In this document: positions 9,369-18,458 of the stretch, piece by piece
Position numbering within the stretch: the stretch's first letter is position 1
How the letters are laid out: each line of letters begins with the position of its first letter
IMG/VR virus record: IMGVR_UViG_2541047879_000001
Strand: one strand, 5' to 3'
Source of the DNA: a virus
Lineage: Duplodnaviria > Heunggongvirae > Uroviricota > Caudoviricetes
DNA length: 64,000 nt
Program-made: the position numbers and the translations under genes
Notes under the pieces: generated by a model
The model's input: only the letters and a program-made list of their open reading frames with translations
Told to the model about the DNA's origin: nothing
The model's database searches: none

Positions 9369-9916
9369 GGCGTTAACTCCCGTAATACAGCGTCCTCGGC
9401 AGTCCGGCGACGGTAATAAACTGCGTGAGCAGAATGTTCAGATATTCCAAACTTTTCGCCAATTTCCCGGAATGACAGACGGCGTGGGTAATCGGAATCA
9501 CGCAGCGCACGTATAAGACGTACATCATCATCAGATATGCGCGTGCCGGGGCGTAACTCTCCGCACTTTGTTAATCCAGCACCAATCATTCCTGCCCGAC
9601 ATCTGACAGAATCTTTATTACGTCCGAGATATTCTCCCATTTGCTGGCAGGTCATTGTTCTGGCATTTTTTCGAATAAACTTATCTTCATCAGGTGTAAA
9701 TCTTGGGTGTTTATATTTCAGTAACTCCGGGTATGAACTGCGCAATACACCAGTCCGGTTATATACAGCCCAGACAGTTCTTTTTATTCTGGCAGCAATA
9801 TCCTTAACCGGGGTGGATGAATAAAGCGCAATCAGTAGCGCATCTTCTTCAGGTGTCCACGCGCGGACATGAGCGGGTGTACGACCTTTTCGCCCCATGT
9901 GTTGTAAAATCATCAT
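9365..9916 (-). CDS. Putative DNA-binding protein with two Myb/SANT-like repeats
   Basis: 183 aa; repeats RAWTPEEDALLIALY...IAARIKRTVWAVYNR and PRFTPDEDKFIRKN...MGEYLGRNKDSVRCR fit the W/F-T-P-E/D-E-D Myb pattern; C-terminal HTH-like segment. Confidence 0.5.
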   Translation of the reverse strand: MMILQHMGRKGRTPAHVRAWTPEEDALLIALYSSTPVKDIAARIKRTVWAVYNRTGVLRSSYPELLKYKHPRFTPDEDKFIRKNARTMTCQQMGEYLGRNKDSVRCRAGMIGAGLTKCGELRPGTRISDDDVRLIRALRDSDYPRRLSFREIGEKFGISEHSAHAVYYRRRTAEDAVLRELTP

Positions 9917-9919
9917 ACA

Positions 9920-10435
9920 TCACCCCCTGACTCGCTTTTCGGCAGCATAAAACTCATCAGACAGAATTTCGGTCATTTTCCGTTTTGCGGAATCATCTTC
10001 GCACTGAAGATAAATCACATTGTCAACGCAGAACCAGTTCACGGGACCATACAATATTGCTGAGAAGTCAATACCCAGCCAGAACAACAGGGCATCGGTT
10101 CTGGCATACGTGACGGGCGAATATTCACGCCACAGACTGTTCAGTTCATCAGAGGCAACACGCAGGGCTTTAGGGATACGTGATGTGCGCGGTGTGCAGC
10201 TCCAGCCATTCGACGCAGTCGGTTTTCGCCATAAGTCGCGATGAAAAGGATATTTGTCCTCCGTAAAACGCAGTCCCTTAAAACAAAAACCACTGATACT
10301 GAATTCAAATACCGACCGGCACGCAACATTCAGCACGGCCTCAAGGCGTTTCGCCTCATCTTTTACCGTCTGGCAGTCCTGCTGGTATTTTTGCCACGCA
10401 GCCAGCGCGGAAGGGTTTGATGTTTTAAAGAACAT
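9920..10435 (-). CDS. Hypothetical protein
   Basis: 171-aa ORF in Mu-like accessory (semi-essential) region. Confidence 0.45.
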   Translation of the reverse strand: MFFKTSNPSALAAWQKYQQDCQTVKDEAKRLEAVLNVACRSVFEFSISGFCFKGLRFTEDKYPFHRDLWRKPTASNGWSCTPRTSRIPKALRVASDELNSLWREYSPVTYARTDALLFWLGIDFSAILYGPVNWFCVDNVIYLQCEDDSAKRKMTEILSDEFYAAEKRVRG

Positions 10436-10968
10436 TACGCCACCTCCGCAGATATCCCGGCAGGCGCTGCTGTCCGGTCAACAATCAGGTAGCGCAGAAC
10501 ACGCGCGGTGATATTCCAGCCGCTTAAACCGCAGATGATGACACCCAGGCGAATGTCGATATACGCCATCACAAACTGGGGCACGCCTTCTTTCATGGCC
10601 TGCTCATCAACTTCAGCCACCACATAAACGGTTTCACAGGTCAGAACGCCCTGAGCAAATTCCCACGCCATCGACGGAATATCATGCCCCTCAATCCATG
10701 GCAGGGATTTTCTGAAGCTGCACCACTGAACATCATCAGCCGCAGATTCCTGTCTGCATTTGCGACGAATCGGCTGCACCGGGCGGGGACGCGGAATATC
10801 ATAAAAACCGTTACATTCCGTCAGCACCCCGGCATCAACCGCATCACGCAGAAAATAAACCATGGAGGATGGCGGCATATTCATTTTTTCAGCCAGTACG
10901 CCGCAGGTCAGACGCCCGTAAATACTCAGCCAGTTTTTAACCCCTTCAAGCACTTTTGCATCAATCAT
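10435..10968 (-). CDS. Hypothetical protein (possible winged-helix N-terminus)
   Basis: 177-aa ORF; start overlaps upstream stop. Confidence 0.45.
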   Translation of the reverse strand: MIDAKVLEGVKNWLSIYGRLTCGVLAEKMNMPPSSMVYFLRDAVDAGVLTECNGFYDIPRPRPVQPIRRKCRQESAADDVQWCSFRKSLPWIEGHDIPSMAWEFAQGVLTCETVYVVAEVDEQAMKEGVPQFVMAYIDIRLGVIICGLSGWNITARVLRYLIVDRTAAPAGISAEVA

Positions 10969-10971
10969 GAA

Positions 10972-11514
10972 TTATTCCTCCGTCAGCGCCACATATTCAG
11001 AATGTTTAATTTCCTGGCATTCTTCAGGAATACATCCGTTTATTTCCCTGCCATAAGCGCCCACTTTAAACACCACGCACAGGGCATCACGGGAGAACGA
11101 AGGGGTCCACCAGGAGTCCGTGTTAAACATGGAGGGGATTCTCATTACCCCCAGCTTTTCACAGAGCCAGACAAGGAAATCAGGACGCTTTCTTAACTCG
11201 CGTTCAGCGGCTTCAATCATTGCGGCAATCGCCGGTCCTTCAGGGCATGACTCATCAGGTCTGGCTATAAAGCACTGTCCGCCACCGATAAAAGCCACAT
11301 CATCGCGCTTACGCCAGCCCGCAGGCAGAGCACCGGCAAAATAAAACTCACTGATTCTGTCCATGGCGAACGGCTTTAAGCGCAATCCGGCAGCGCCTGT
11401 ATTTTTCAGTAATGTCCGAAGAATACTGTTGCGTAGCGGTAAAACAGCCTGTTGATATTTGGTGAAATATTTATTTGTCTGCACACGGTCTAATTTGAAA
11501 TAAAAATATGCCAT
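10972..11514 (-). CDS. Hypothetical protein
   Basis: 180-aa ORF downstream of Gam-like gene. Confidence 0.45.
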   Translation of the reverse strand: MAYFYFKLDRVQTNKYFTKYQQAVLPLRNSILRTLLKNTGAAGLRLKPFAMDRISEFYFAGALPAGWRKRDDVAFIGGGQCFIARPDESCPEGPAIAAMIEAAERELRKRPDFLVWLCEKLGVMRIPSMFNTDSWWTPSFSRDALCVVFKVGAYGREINGCIPEECQEIKHSEYVALTEE

Positions 11515-11611
11515 ATTTCCGATTCCTTATTTTCAGCTTTCAGGCGCAAGCAGTCCCCTGACGCGAGCGCCATAATTAAAATGAAGTGATATTTAAATAA
11601 TTAATGCGGTG

Positions 11612-12142
11612 TTATTTATTCAGTCCGGCATCCTGTTCAAAAGGCTCGACATAAAAACTTTCAGCGCCTTTATTCACCTTTATACCGGCAATGCCTTTCA
11701 CCGCATCCGGCTCCGCCAGGACGGCTTCCTTGTTCACTTCCTCTTTCGTGCGGATGAATCGCTCAAGCCCCATACGGCGCAGCGTGTCAATCACACCTTC
11801 CACATCACGGCTGACGCTGCATGATGGCGTTCCCAGCCGCCATGACACCGTTCCGGTGGTCAGATTGGCAGTTTTGGTTTTGCCGCCGTTCGTCAGCTCA
11901 TCACGGTTGGTTTTACACCAGTCCTGAATCCCTTTAAAAAGCACTTTGATTTGCTTTTTAAGATTTTCAATCTGCGGCGTATAACGGGCGGTGATTTCTG
12001 CCACTTCATCATTCATCGCCGTTTCCAGGCGCAGCGCCTCTCGCTGAATATCGCCCAGGGTGCGGATATCGCGGCTGACTTCTTCGCGGGTCTGCGGTGC
12101 GGCCTCGGCTACAGCCTTTAATTTTGTAACGCGTTTTGCCAT
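11612..12142 (-). CDS. gam: Gam-like host-nuclease inhibitor (Mu Gam family, DNA end-binding)
   Basis: 176 aa; strong similarity to Mu Gam across the whole length (e.g. RLETAMND..., CKTNRDELTNGGKTKTANL, RFIRTKEEVNKEA). Confidence 0.85.
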   Translation of the reverse strand: MAKRVTKLKAVAEAAPQTREEVSRDIRTLGDIQREALRLETAMNDEVAEITARYTPQIENLKKQIKVLFKGIQDWCKTNRDELTNGGKTKTANLTTGTVSWRLGTPSCSVSRDVEGVIDTLRRMGLERFIRTKEEVNKEAVLAEPDAVKGIAGIKVNKGAESFYVEPFEQDAGLNK

Positions 12143-12153
12143 TTTGTTTTTCC

Positions 12154-12474
12154 TTATTGCAATGTATCTGGTGCGTTCTGCAAGGAGCGGCGCTCAATGC
12201 TGCTTTTCACCCCCAGAGCCTGCATGGAACCCTGAAGTTCATCTGTCAGAAACTGAATAATTGTGGGGCTGTGATATTTAAGAATTTGCGCATAAACATC
12301 ACATGGGCCTGTCGGTCTGTTCTCCGTATCACGTTCGATTTTTACAGTGGCAGTAACCCCCTCCGTGATTTCCTGACTATCATTACCGGCTGGCTTTACT
12401 TCATGCATTACGTGGTTAAATTCAAAAATAACGCGTACTTTGCTCATGGAATTACCCCTGCTGATTAAATTCAT
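12154..12474 (-). CDS. Hypothetical small protein (paralogous N-terminus with 12452-12724)
   Basis: 106 aa, starts MSKVRVIFEF. Confidence 0.4.
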   Translation of the reverse strand: MNLISRGNSMSKVRVIFEFNHVMHEVKPAGNDSQEITEGVTATVKIERDTENRPTGPCDVYAQILKYHSPTIIQFLTDELQGSMQALGVKSSIERRSLQNAPDTLQ

Positions 12475-12724
12475 TACCGTTAATAACCCCGGAAGCCATG
12501 CCCCTGTCTTTCATGAATGCACTGGCTTTCATTGCCACAAGCTCTGCGAAGTTTCTGCTTTCCGCGAGCATAACCCCCCCAAAAATCATGGCGGGTCCAT
12601 CACCTTTCTGCTTTATCCCGGTTGAACGTATGTCCAGACTTACCCCCATGCGCACTGTTCCATCAGCGTTTTTATGGATAACGTGCTCCTTATATTCGAA
12701 AATAATGTGTACGACTTTACTCAT
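12452..12724 (-). CDS. Hypothetical small protein
   Basis: 90 aa, starts MSKVVHIIFEY. Confidence 0.4.
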   Translation of the reverse strand: MSKVVHIIFEYKEHVIHKNADGTVRMGVSLDIRSTGIKQKGDGPAMIFGGVMLAESRNFAELVAMKASAFMKDRGMASGVINGNEFNQQG

Positions 12725-13002
12725 CCTCTGGTCCTCGTTCTGTTTGGATAACTGACCCGGCGTCTGACCTCACGGCAGAACCGAATCATGGCATTAAAGG
12801 CTTCTTCCTCCGTCACCGCTTCCGGTATCCCCGGAACCAGTAACTGCTCCTGTTCATCACGTCCATGACGCGCCATAACCTCAATCACATGCCGTACCGT
12901 GGCAGGCTTTCCGGCAACTATCGGCAATGCACCTTCCGGCAGGACGTAACCAAACTCAATAAGACCACTCGACCACGCCCATGCAATGAGATTTTTTTTC
13001 AC
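12721..13002 (-). CDS. Hypothetical small early protein
   Basis: 93-aa ORF, coupled (overlapping stop/start) in early operon. Confidence 0.35.
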   Translation of the reverse strand: MKKNLIAWAWSSGLIEFGYVLPEGALPIVAGKPATVRHVIEVMARHGRDEQEQLLVPGIPEAVTEEEAFNAMIRFCREVRRRVSYPNRTRTRG

Positions 13003-13003
13003 C

Positions 13004-13270
13004 TCACACCTCCCAGTAAACCGTGCAGCCGCTGATGCGGGTGGCCTTCACACGGCGGCGCAGGCCGTTGGTCTGTATGGTGATTTCAATTTCACCGGTT
13101 CCCTGCACGTTGCCTACCGGCGGCGTGGTTTTCAGTGCAAAACGTTGCGGATAGCGCTTACTGCGTTCCAGTACCGCACCGGCAAGTTCGGTCAGACGGC
13201 GCGCGCTGTTCAGGGAGTCGAATAAATTCATTTTGTTACCGCAGGATTGCATATTCATATAACACCTCAT
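13004..13270 (-). CDS. Hypothetical small early protein
   Basis: 88-aa ORF in tightly packed operon. Confidence 0.35.
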   Translation of the reverse strand: MRCYMNMQSCGNKMNLFDSLNSARRLTELAGAVLERSKRYPQRFALKTTPPVGNVQGTGEIEITIQTNGLRRRVKATRISGCTVYWEV

Positions 13271-13498
13271 TTAGCTGACTTGTTTCGCACCAACAGAACG
13301 GCATATTCCGCTGTAAACTTCTGTCGCACCTTCGCGATCAAGTCCGGCAGATATCACCATTCGTGTGCGGTCATTAAATTCAAAAAGTAAATCGCCACAT
13401 TCTTTATTTTCGGCCAGTGAAATCACCTTCACGTTATCGAAATTAACCAGGTAAAAGCGTCCGTAAATATCAGGAATATTAAATACCGCCATAATCAC
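13271..13498 (-). CDS. Hypothetical small early protein
   Basis: 75-aa ORF directly downstream of B-like gene. Confidence 0.35.
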   Translation of the reverse strand: MIMAVFNIPDIYGRFYLVNFDNVKVISLAENKECGDLLFEFNDRTRMVISAGLDREGATEVYSGICRSVGAKQVS

Positions 13499-14436
13499 AC
13501 CTGTGAGAGTAATTCAGGGTTGGTATAAACCTCTTTAAAGGCCGCATTAATATGTTTTTCTGTCAGCGCCGCGCCTTCACCGCTGGCGGTGAGCCACGCC
13601 TGGTTAAGCGTATGTGTCAGAACGCGTAACGCTCCCGGCTTTTCAGCGATAGCCTGCATGACGGCCAGCTCGGCCTCACCACTGATCCCCCACGCCATGG
13701 CAATGGCCAGCACATCCGCCTTTTTGGCCTTGCGAAGTTGTTTTGTACGGGCAAGACGGCTGAACAGGCGCGATAAATCATCAAAGGCGCGGCGTCCACC
13801 TTTAAACAATCCGCGCGGGTTACCAATAAGCACCATCCCGATCCCCGTGGCGTCCTGAATTGCCCGGAGTTGCTCCAGACCGTCAATACCAAGATGATCC
13901 GCCTCATCCACAATCACCAGTCCACGCGTTCCCATCAGGCGACGGCGGATGGCGCGGGATAATGCCCCTTTGTTCGCGCGGGTGTAATCAATCCCCAGCG
14001 CATCGGCCAGCTCCAGCAGACACTCCGTGACGCTGGAGTGCGCGGGTGACAGGGTGATCATCCAGGTGTTTGGTTGCTCCTGGCAGTAATTACGGGCAGT
14101 GGCCGTTTTACCCACACCCGGTACGCCCACAATAACGTTAATACAGCCCATCAGGCGAACCGCCTGAAACAGTGCGCGCAGCTCCTGGACTGTCTGAGTT
14201 TCCACAAACTGCGGCGGTTCCGGCAGTGCGCTTTGTTTATTCCAGTTCTCATACCAGGAGCGCAGGGAAGCAGCCACAGCAGCGTTATCGCCTTTATATT
14301 TTCCCTTACGGAAAGCCGATAATGTGCCGTCGGAAATTCCCGCCTCTCTGGCGATGGCATACTGCGTCAGTACGCCGCCATCAATAAGTTCATCAATGGT
14401 CTTGATTACATCGTTAATATCGGTCATATTATTCAC
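13495..14436 (-). CDS. MuB-like transposition ATPase (target DNA activator B)
   Basis: 313 aa; Walker A GVPGVGKT; near-colinear similarity to Mu B (PEPPQFVETQTV..., GLVIVDEADHLG...). Confidence 0.85.
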   Translation of the reverse strand: MNNMTDINDVIKTIDELIDGGVLTQYAIAREAGISDGTLSAFRKGKYKGDNAAVAASLRSWYENWNKQSALPEPPQFVETQTVQELRALFQAVRLMGCINVIVGVPGVGKTATARNYCQEQPNTWMITLSPAHSSVTECLLELADALGIDYTRANKGALSRAIRRRLMGTRGLVIVDEADHLGIDGLEQLRAIQDATGIGMVLIGNPRGLFKGGRRAFDDLSRLFSRLARTKQLRKAKKADVLAIAMAWGISGEAELAVMQAIAEKPGALRVLTHTLNQAWLTASGEGAALTEKHINAAFKEVYTNPELLSQV

Positions 14437-14509
14437 CTCGCTTGAGACAGCATTCTCCGAGACTGAAACCTCAAATAACCTGAGTCACCCCTCGGGTTAT
14501 TTTTTTATT

Positions 14510-16600
14510 TCAGGCCAGCGGATCACTTTCTTTTAATTTCGCTTCGAGCAACTGCAATCCCCGCTGGAAATTACGCTCGTATTCTTCATCAGGTTCATCG
14601 TCAGCGACCGGTTGCTGAACGGTCACCGTATTACCCACAGGGCGGTATATGTTTTCCAGCCAGGGCTCCTGCGGCTTGTGCTCCAGCACGTTGACAACCT
14701 CATCCTCGGCATCACGGATTTTTTCCTCTGCGCGTTTACGCATGCCTTTAAGGCGCTGCTGCTGTTTGTAGTATTCCGCGCTGACAGGGAAGGCTTCGCG
14801 TTTATTGCCGTCCCATACCGCCTCGCAAATCACGCTGCCATCCGGGCGGCGCACGGTAATTCGTTCGGCATCATGAATGTCATAGCTGATAAGTACCTTA
14901 CGGCCATGCTCGTCACGCAGCTCGGGCGCGTAGTAAATATTATTCAGCCAGCGTATTTCACAGCGTCTTACAGGGCGCTCCACCATCGGCCGGAACATAT
15001 CCCGCAGTTCAACATCGGACAGCCATTCAATTTCCGTGTCCTCTTCCGCCAGGCGTTTTTTTCTGAACTCCGCCGGGCTGTAATGTTTACCGTTCGGCTT
15101 CATGGGTAATTCATCGTGCGGCCGGTTGTTGTACCACTCAACACCGTCACGAATGGCATCAATCAGTTCAGACCAGGACGGTAAATCACGCATCGCTGAC
15201 TGCTGCCGGGCGTTCAGCCGTTTGCCCTGTTGCAGGGCACTGAATGCCGAGCGTAAATCGCGGTTGGTTTTACGTAACGTCTCGCGATCTGCTCCTTTCC
15301 CGAAATAGGTGCGGTATTTACGGGCTATGCGCATCGGTAATGTGCGGTTAAGCCGTTCGATAATGCCCCGTCCCTGCGGATTACCGGCAATCCCTGTCGG
15401 GTGATTAATCCCCAGTCGTGGCAGTATCCCCACAATCTCCTTATCCAGGACGTCGGCGGTTTCCCCGGAGCCATTATCCGAGTAATACAGAAACGGTTTG
15501 CCATGATGGCGAATACCGTGCTGTATGGCACCGGCTACGGCGAAAACATTTTCAGCCAGGTCAAGGCTCCAGCCCACCACAAAGCGCGTGCCACCGTCGA
15601 TAACAAAGGTCACTTCCGGTGCGAATGGCCGCCCGTGAACCGGGTGCGCGCATTTCAGCTTCATGCCGTGACCGTCACCAATCCAGACATAATTCACCGG
15701 CATTCTGGACCAGTCGCGGCGCGTGAATCCCTCAAGCTGACGGTATTCACTGCCAGTTACCCGGCCTTTTTGTTTCACCACTTCCGGCAGTTTCTTCATT
15801 GCGCGGCGAATGGTGTCATAAGAGGGCATGATATCGAGCATATAAGGCTCATCAGCGTGCCGGTGCTGCCATTCAGCAACAAAATCCTCGTAAGCCTCGG
15901 TCATTGGTCGGCCGTTTGACTGGCGATACTGCGCCAGAAATTCGGGCAGCCAGTTAATATCTTCGGCTTTTATTTCCTGGCGTTTACCCGGTGCCAGTAA
16001 AAGCAGGCGTTCAGCGGCGTTCTGTGCCTTGTTAAAGGCCGCAATCCAGCGTTTCAGCGTGATTTCACTCAACGCGCGGCTGTTTCCCTTTTTGGCGTTC
16101 GCCGTCTCAACCATTGCCACAATGCGCTCGTCCAGTTGTGATCGTGCCAGGCTGTTAACGAGGAACCGGATAGCCTTAGCGCAACTAAAGCCGGGTTGTT
16201 GCGCGATTTTCAGCACCTCGCTGACGATCGCTATTCGTGCCTCTGCCACTTTACGTTGGTTTTCAGTCAGGGCATTGAGGCGTTCGACCATCAGTTGGGG
16301 TGATCCGCGATATGCCTCCACCGCATCAACCACGGCAGGTGAGCGTCTGGCCTTTGTCACCACCGGAGCCGGTGATTCATCGGCTTTTTGCGTCATCAGT
16401 TGCAGGGCGTAGCGTTCACGTAATGCCTGCTGCGTCACTTCAGGTAAACAGTCGATGCTGTATTCAGTTGCTTTAGAGCCTGAGCGACGACGGGAACAAC
16501 AGCTTTTCCCTTGTACGTAACGTTGTAATGCCTGGCGAATACCTTTTGTTGTAGCAGGCATTCCGGGCGCGCCAATCAGTTCTTTTGCAATGACATACAT
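14510..16600 (-). CDS. MuA-like DDE transposase
   Basis: 696-aa ORF between ner-like and B-like genes; size and position of Mu transposase A. Confidence 0.85.
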   Translation of the reverse strand: MYVIAKELIGAPGMPATTKGIRQALQRYVQGKSCCSRRRSGSKATEYSIDCLPEVTQQALRERYALQLMTQKADESPAPVVTKARRSPAVVDAVEAYRGSPQLMVERLNALTENQRKVAEARIAIVSEVLKIAQQPGFSCAKAIRFLVNSLARSQLDERIVAMVETANAKKGNSRALSEITLKRWIAAFNKAQNAAERLLLLAPGKRQEIKAEDINWLPEFLAQYRQSNGRPMTEAYEDFVAEWQHRHADEPYMLDIMPSYDTIRRAMKKLPEVVKQKGRVTGSEYRQLEGFTRRDWSRMPVNYVWIGDGHGMKLKCAHPVHGRPFAPEVTFVIDGGTRFVVGWSLDLAENVFAVAGAIQHGIRHHGKPFLYYSDNGSGETADVLDKEIVGILPRLGINHPTGIAGNPQGRGIIERLNRTLPMRIARKYRTYFGKGADRETLRKTNRDLRSAFSALQQGKRLNARQQSAMRDLPSWSELIDAIRDGVEWYNNRPHDELPMKPNGKHYSPAEFRKKRLAEEDTEIEWLSDVELRDMFRPMVERPVRRCEIRWLNNIYYAPELRDEHGRKVLISYDIHDAERITVRRPDGSVICEAVWDGNKREAFPVSAEYYKQQQRLKGMRKRAEEKIRDAEDEVVNVLEHKPQEPWLENIYRPVGNTVTVQQPVADDEPDEEYERNFQRGLQLLEAKLKESDPLA

Positions 16601-16601
16601 A

Positions 16602-16850
16602 TCATGACGCCTTTCTCATATAGCTCTTAACCTGGTATCGACTGGGCCAGATTTCTTCAGGTGATACCCCAAGAGCATCAGCAATTATTTGCTGATACGG
16701 TCGGCAAGGAGTACGTAATACGCTTTTCAGCGAATCCCTGCTGTAACCAGCCTTTAAAGATAAAGAGCGCAGTGATAAGCCAGCCATGTGTAAGCGCGCC
16801 TTGATGATTTCAGGCGGCCAATCGTGATCTGAAACTTCTCTTCTACTCAT
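16602..16850 (-). CDS. ner: Ner-like DNA-binding protein (Ner/Nlp family)
   Basis: 82 aa; C-terminal IIADALGVSPEEIWPSRYQ matches the Ner signature. Confidence 0.8.
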   Translation of the reverse strand: MSRREVSDHDWPPEIIKARLHMAGLSLRSLSLKAGYSRDSLKSVLRTPCRPYQQIIADALGVSPEEIWPSRYQVKSYMRKAS

Positions 16851-17041
16851 ACTTCCTCTATTCTAAAAAGTTACCCGCGCGGATATTCGTGCGGATATCT
16901 GTACGGGTAAATAATGCATCACCAAAAATACCAAATCAAGGTATTTTTGGTATTTTTGGCTAATTTTTGCTTTTATCCTTATTTTTCAATTGGATAAATA
17001 GAAAGAAACCTTTCCTTAGAAAAGCACCAAGAGGTATCTTT
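16851..17041. promoter_or_regulatory. Divergent early/repressor promoter-operator region between ner-like and c-like genes
   Basis: AT-rich 190-bp intergenic region with palindrome CCAAAAATACC (16922-16932) / GGTATTTTTGG (16940-16950) plus an extra direct copy TATTTTTGG. Confidence 0.4.
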
Positions 17042-17572
17042 ATGTCGCAGGGAAAAGAACCTGTTATTGAACGTATTGGAATGCTTACAAAGCGCTACCC
17101 TTCAAGAAGTGCAGCTGCCAGAGCGTGGGGAATCAATATCAACACATTAAACAGCTATTTCAAGGGAGGACAAACACAACCAGCCCCCAGAGAAAGTATC
17201 CTTATACGAATTTCTGAAAGTGAAGGCGTTAGTCTTGAGTGGCTTAAAGAGGGCAAGGGTGAATTACCAAACGATATTGGTATTTATGGTAATTTTGGTT
17301 GTTCTGGTGATAAGGGAGATCAGCTTACACAGATGCTTTCATTCCTTACGAAAGACGAACGAGAACAGTTAACCAATCTCCTTGCTCGCAAAGGTGTAGA
17401 GACGGTTCTGACACTGCTGAATAAAGAAAACCAGGATTTATTACAACTAGAAGGCAGGAAGCGCCTGGCTGCGTTGATGATTGTAGATATGCCAGACGAT
17501 TGCGTCAGAGAGATTTTGGAAAAAACCGAGACAAGTAGGCAATCAAATCCGGTAGAATCTAAAGCGGGTTAG
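17042..17572 (+). CDS. Phage repressor (Mu c-like, HTH DNA-binding)
   Basis: Start at ATG 17042 (MSQGKEP...) with AAGAGG 7 nt upstream; divergent from ner/A/B as in Mu; track ORF starts further upstream at 16967. Confidence 0.6.
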   Translation: MSQGKEPVIERIGMLTKRYPSRSAAARAWGININTLNSYFKGGQTQPAPRESILIRISESEGVSLEWLKEGKGELPNDIGIYGNFGCSGDKGDQLTQMLSFLTKDEREQLTNLLARKGVETVLTLLNKENQDLLQLEGRKRLAALMIVDMPDDCVREILEKTETSRQSNPVESKAG

Positions 17573-17764
17573 TTTGGCGAGGCTGGCCCGTATGTTAGTT
17601 GCCATATAGATTTAATGAAGTTTTAAACGCTTTAAAAAGTTGAGATCGCAGTATCAAAAGTTTTGCCGATTTTAGAATAAACGATTAATTATTGCACAAT
17701 CGATATCAAATAGACTTTAAGCGCTCATCCAGACATCACCTGTTTTATTTCAGTATCTTACAGG

Positions 17765-17822
17765 TGATTTCACCTCCTTTCACTAAAACCCTCGTTGGTA
17801 TCAAATGATTCACCTGGTTACA
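17765..17822. repeat. Prophage left end with transposase-binding-site-like repeats
   Basis: TGATTTCACC (17765-17774) and TGATTCACC (17806-17814), resembling the Mu A-site core TGNTTCAY, within 60 bp of the junction; dbpA reading frame resumes at ~17823. Confidence 0.5.
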
Positions 17823-18330
17823 CGGTAGCGCCCGTGTACTGGTTGCTACTGATGTTGCTGCGCGTGGTCTGGATATTAAATCGCTTGAGCTGGTGGTGAA
17901 CTTTGAGCTGGCGTGGGACCCTGAAGTTCATGTACATCGCATCGGTCGTACAGCTCGTGCAGGAAATAGCGGTCTGGCGATCAGTTTCTGTGCTCCGGAA
18001 GAAGCACAGCGGGCCAATATCATTTCTGACATGTTGCAGATAAAACTTAACTGGCAAACGCCGCCAGCTAATAGTTCCATTGTGCCGCTGGAAGCAGAAA
18101 TGGCAACGTTGTGTATCGATGGCGGGAAAAAAGCCAAAATGCGCCCGGGTGATGTATTAGGTGCACTGACAGGAGATATCGGGCTTGATGGCGCAGATAT
18201 TGGCAAAATCGCCGTGCATCCGGCGCATGTCTATGTCGCGGTCCGTCAGGCTGTTGCTCATAAAGCATGGAAACAGTTACAGGGCGGGAAGATTAAAGGA
18301 AAAACGTGCCGGGTGCGGTTATTAAAATAA
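17823..18330 (+). pseudogene. dbpA: dbpA 3' fragment (ATP-dependent RNA helicase DbpA), disrupted by the Mu-like prophage
   Basis: Translation [46 protein letters not shown]...CRVRLLK equals the DbpA C-terminal ~170 aa; no N-terminal part upstream. Confidence 0.85.
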
Positions 18331-18378
18331 TGAAATGTTGAATTGCCGGGTGCAAGAGTAAACATCTTATTCGGGATT

Positions 18379-18451
18379 GCCGGATGCGACGCTGGCCGCG
18401 TCTTATCCGGCCTCCATAAGAGTAGCCCGATACGCTTGCGCATCGGGCGCT
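18379..18451. repeat. REP-type extragenic palindromes between dbpA and ttcA
   Basis: GCCGGATGCGACGCTGGCCGCGTCTTATCCGGCC followed by a second palindrome GCCCGATACGCTTGCGCATCGGGC. Confidence 0.5.
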
Positions 18452-18458
18452 ATCCTGG

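Larger units (their letters stand above)
1..17822. mobile_element. Mu-like transposable prophage, left part (early region through head gene F); remainder lies upstream of the window
   Basis: Contiguous minus-strand gene set with homologues of Mu c, Ner, A, B, Gam, GemA, Mor, lysis, terminase, portal and F in Mu order; prophage end abuts a truncated dbpA near 17820. Confidence 0.8.

Noticed and set aside
17818-18268. Minus-strand ORFs overlapping the dbpA fragment
   Set aside because: The plus-strand frame matches DbpA exactly; antisense ORFs have no supporting features
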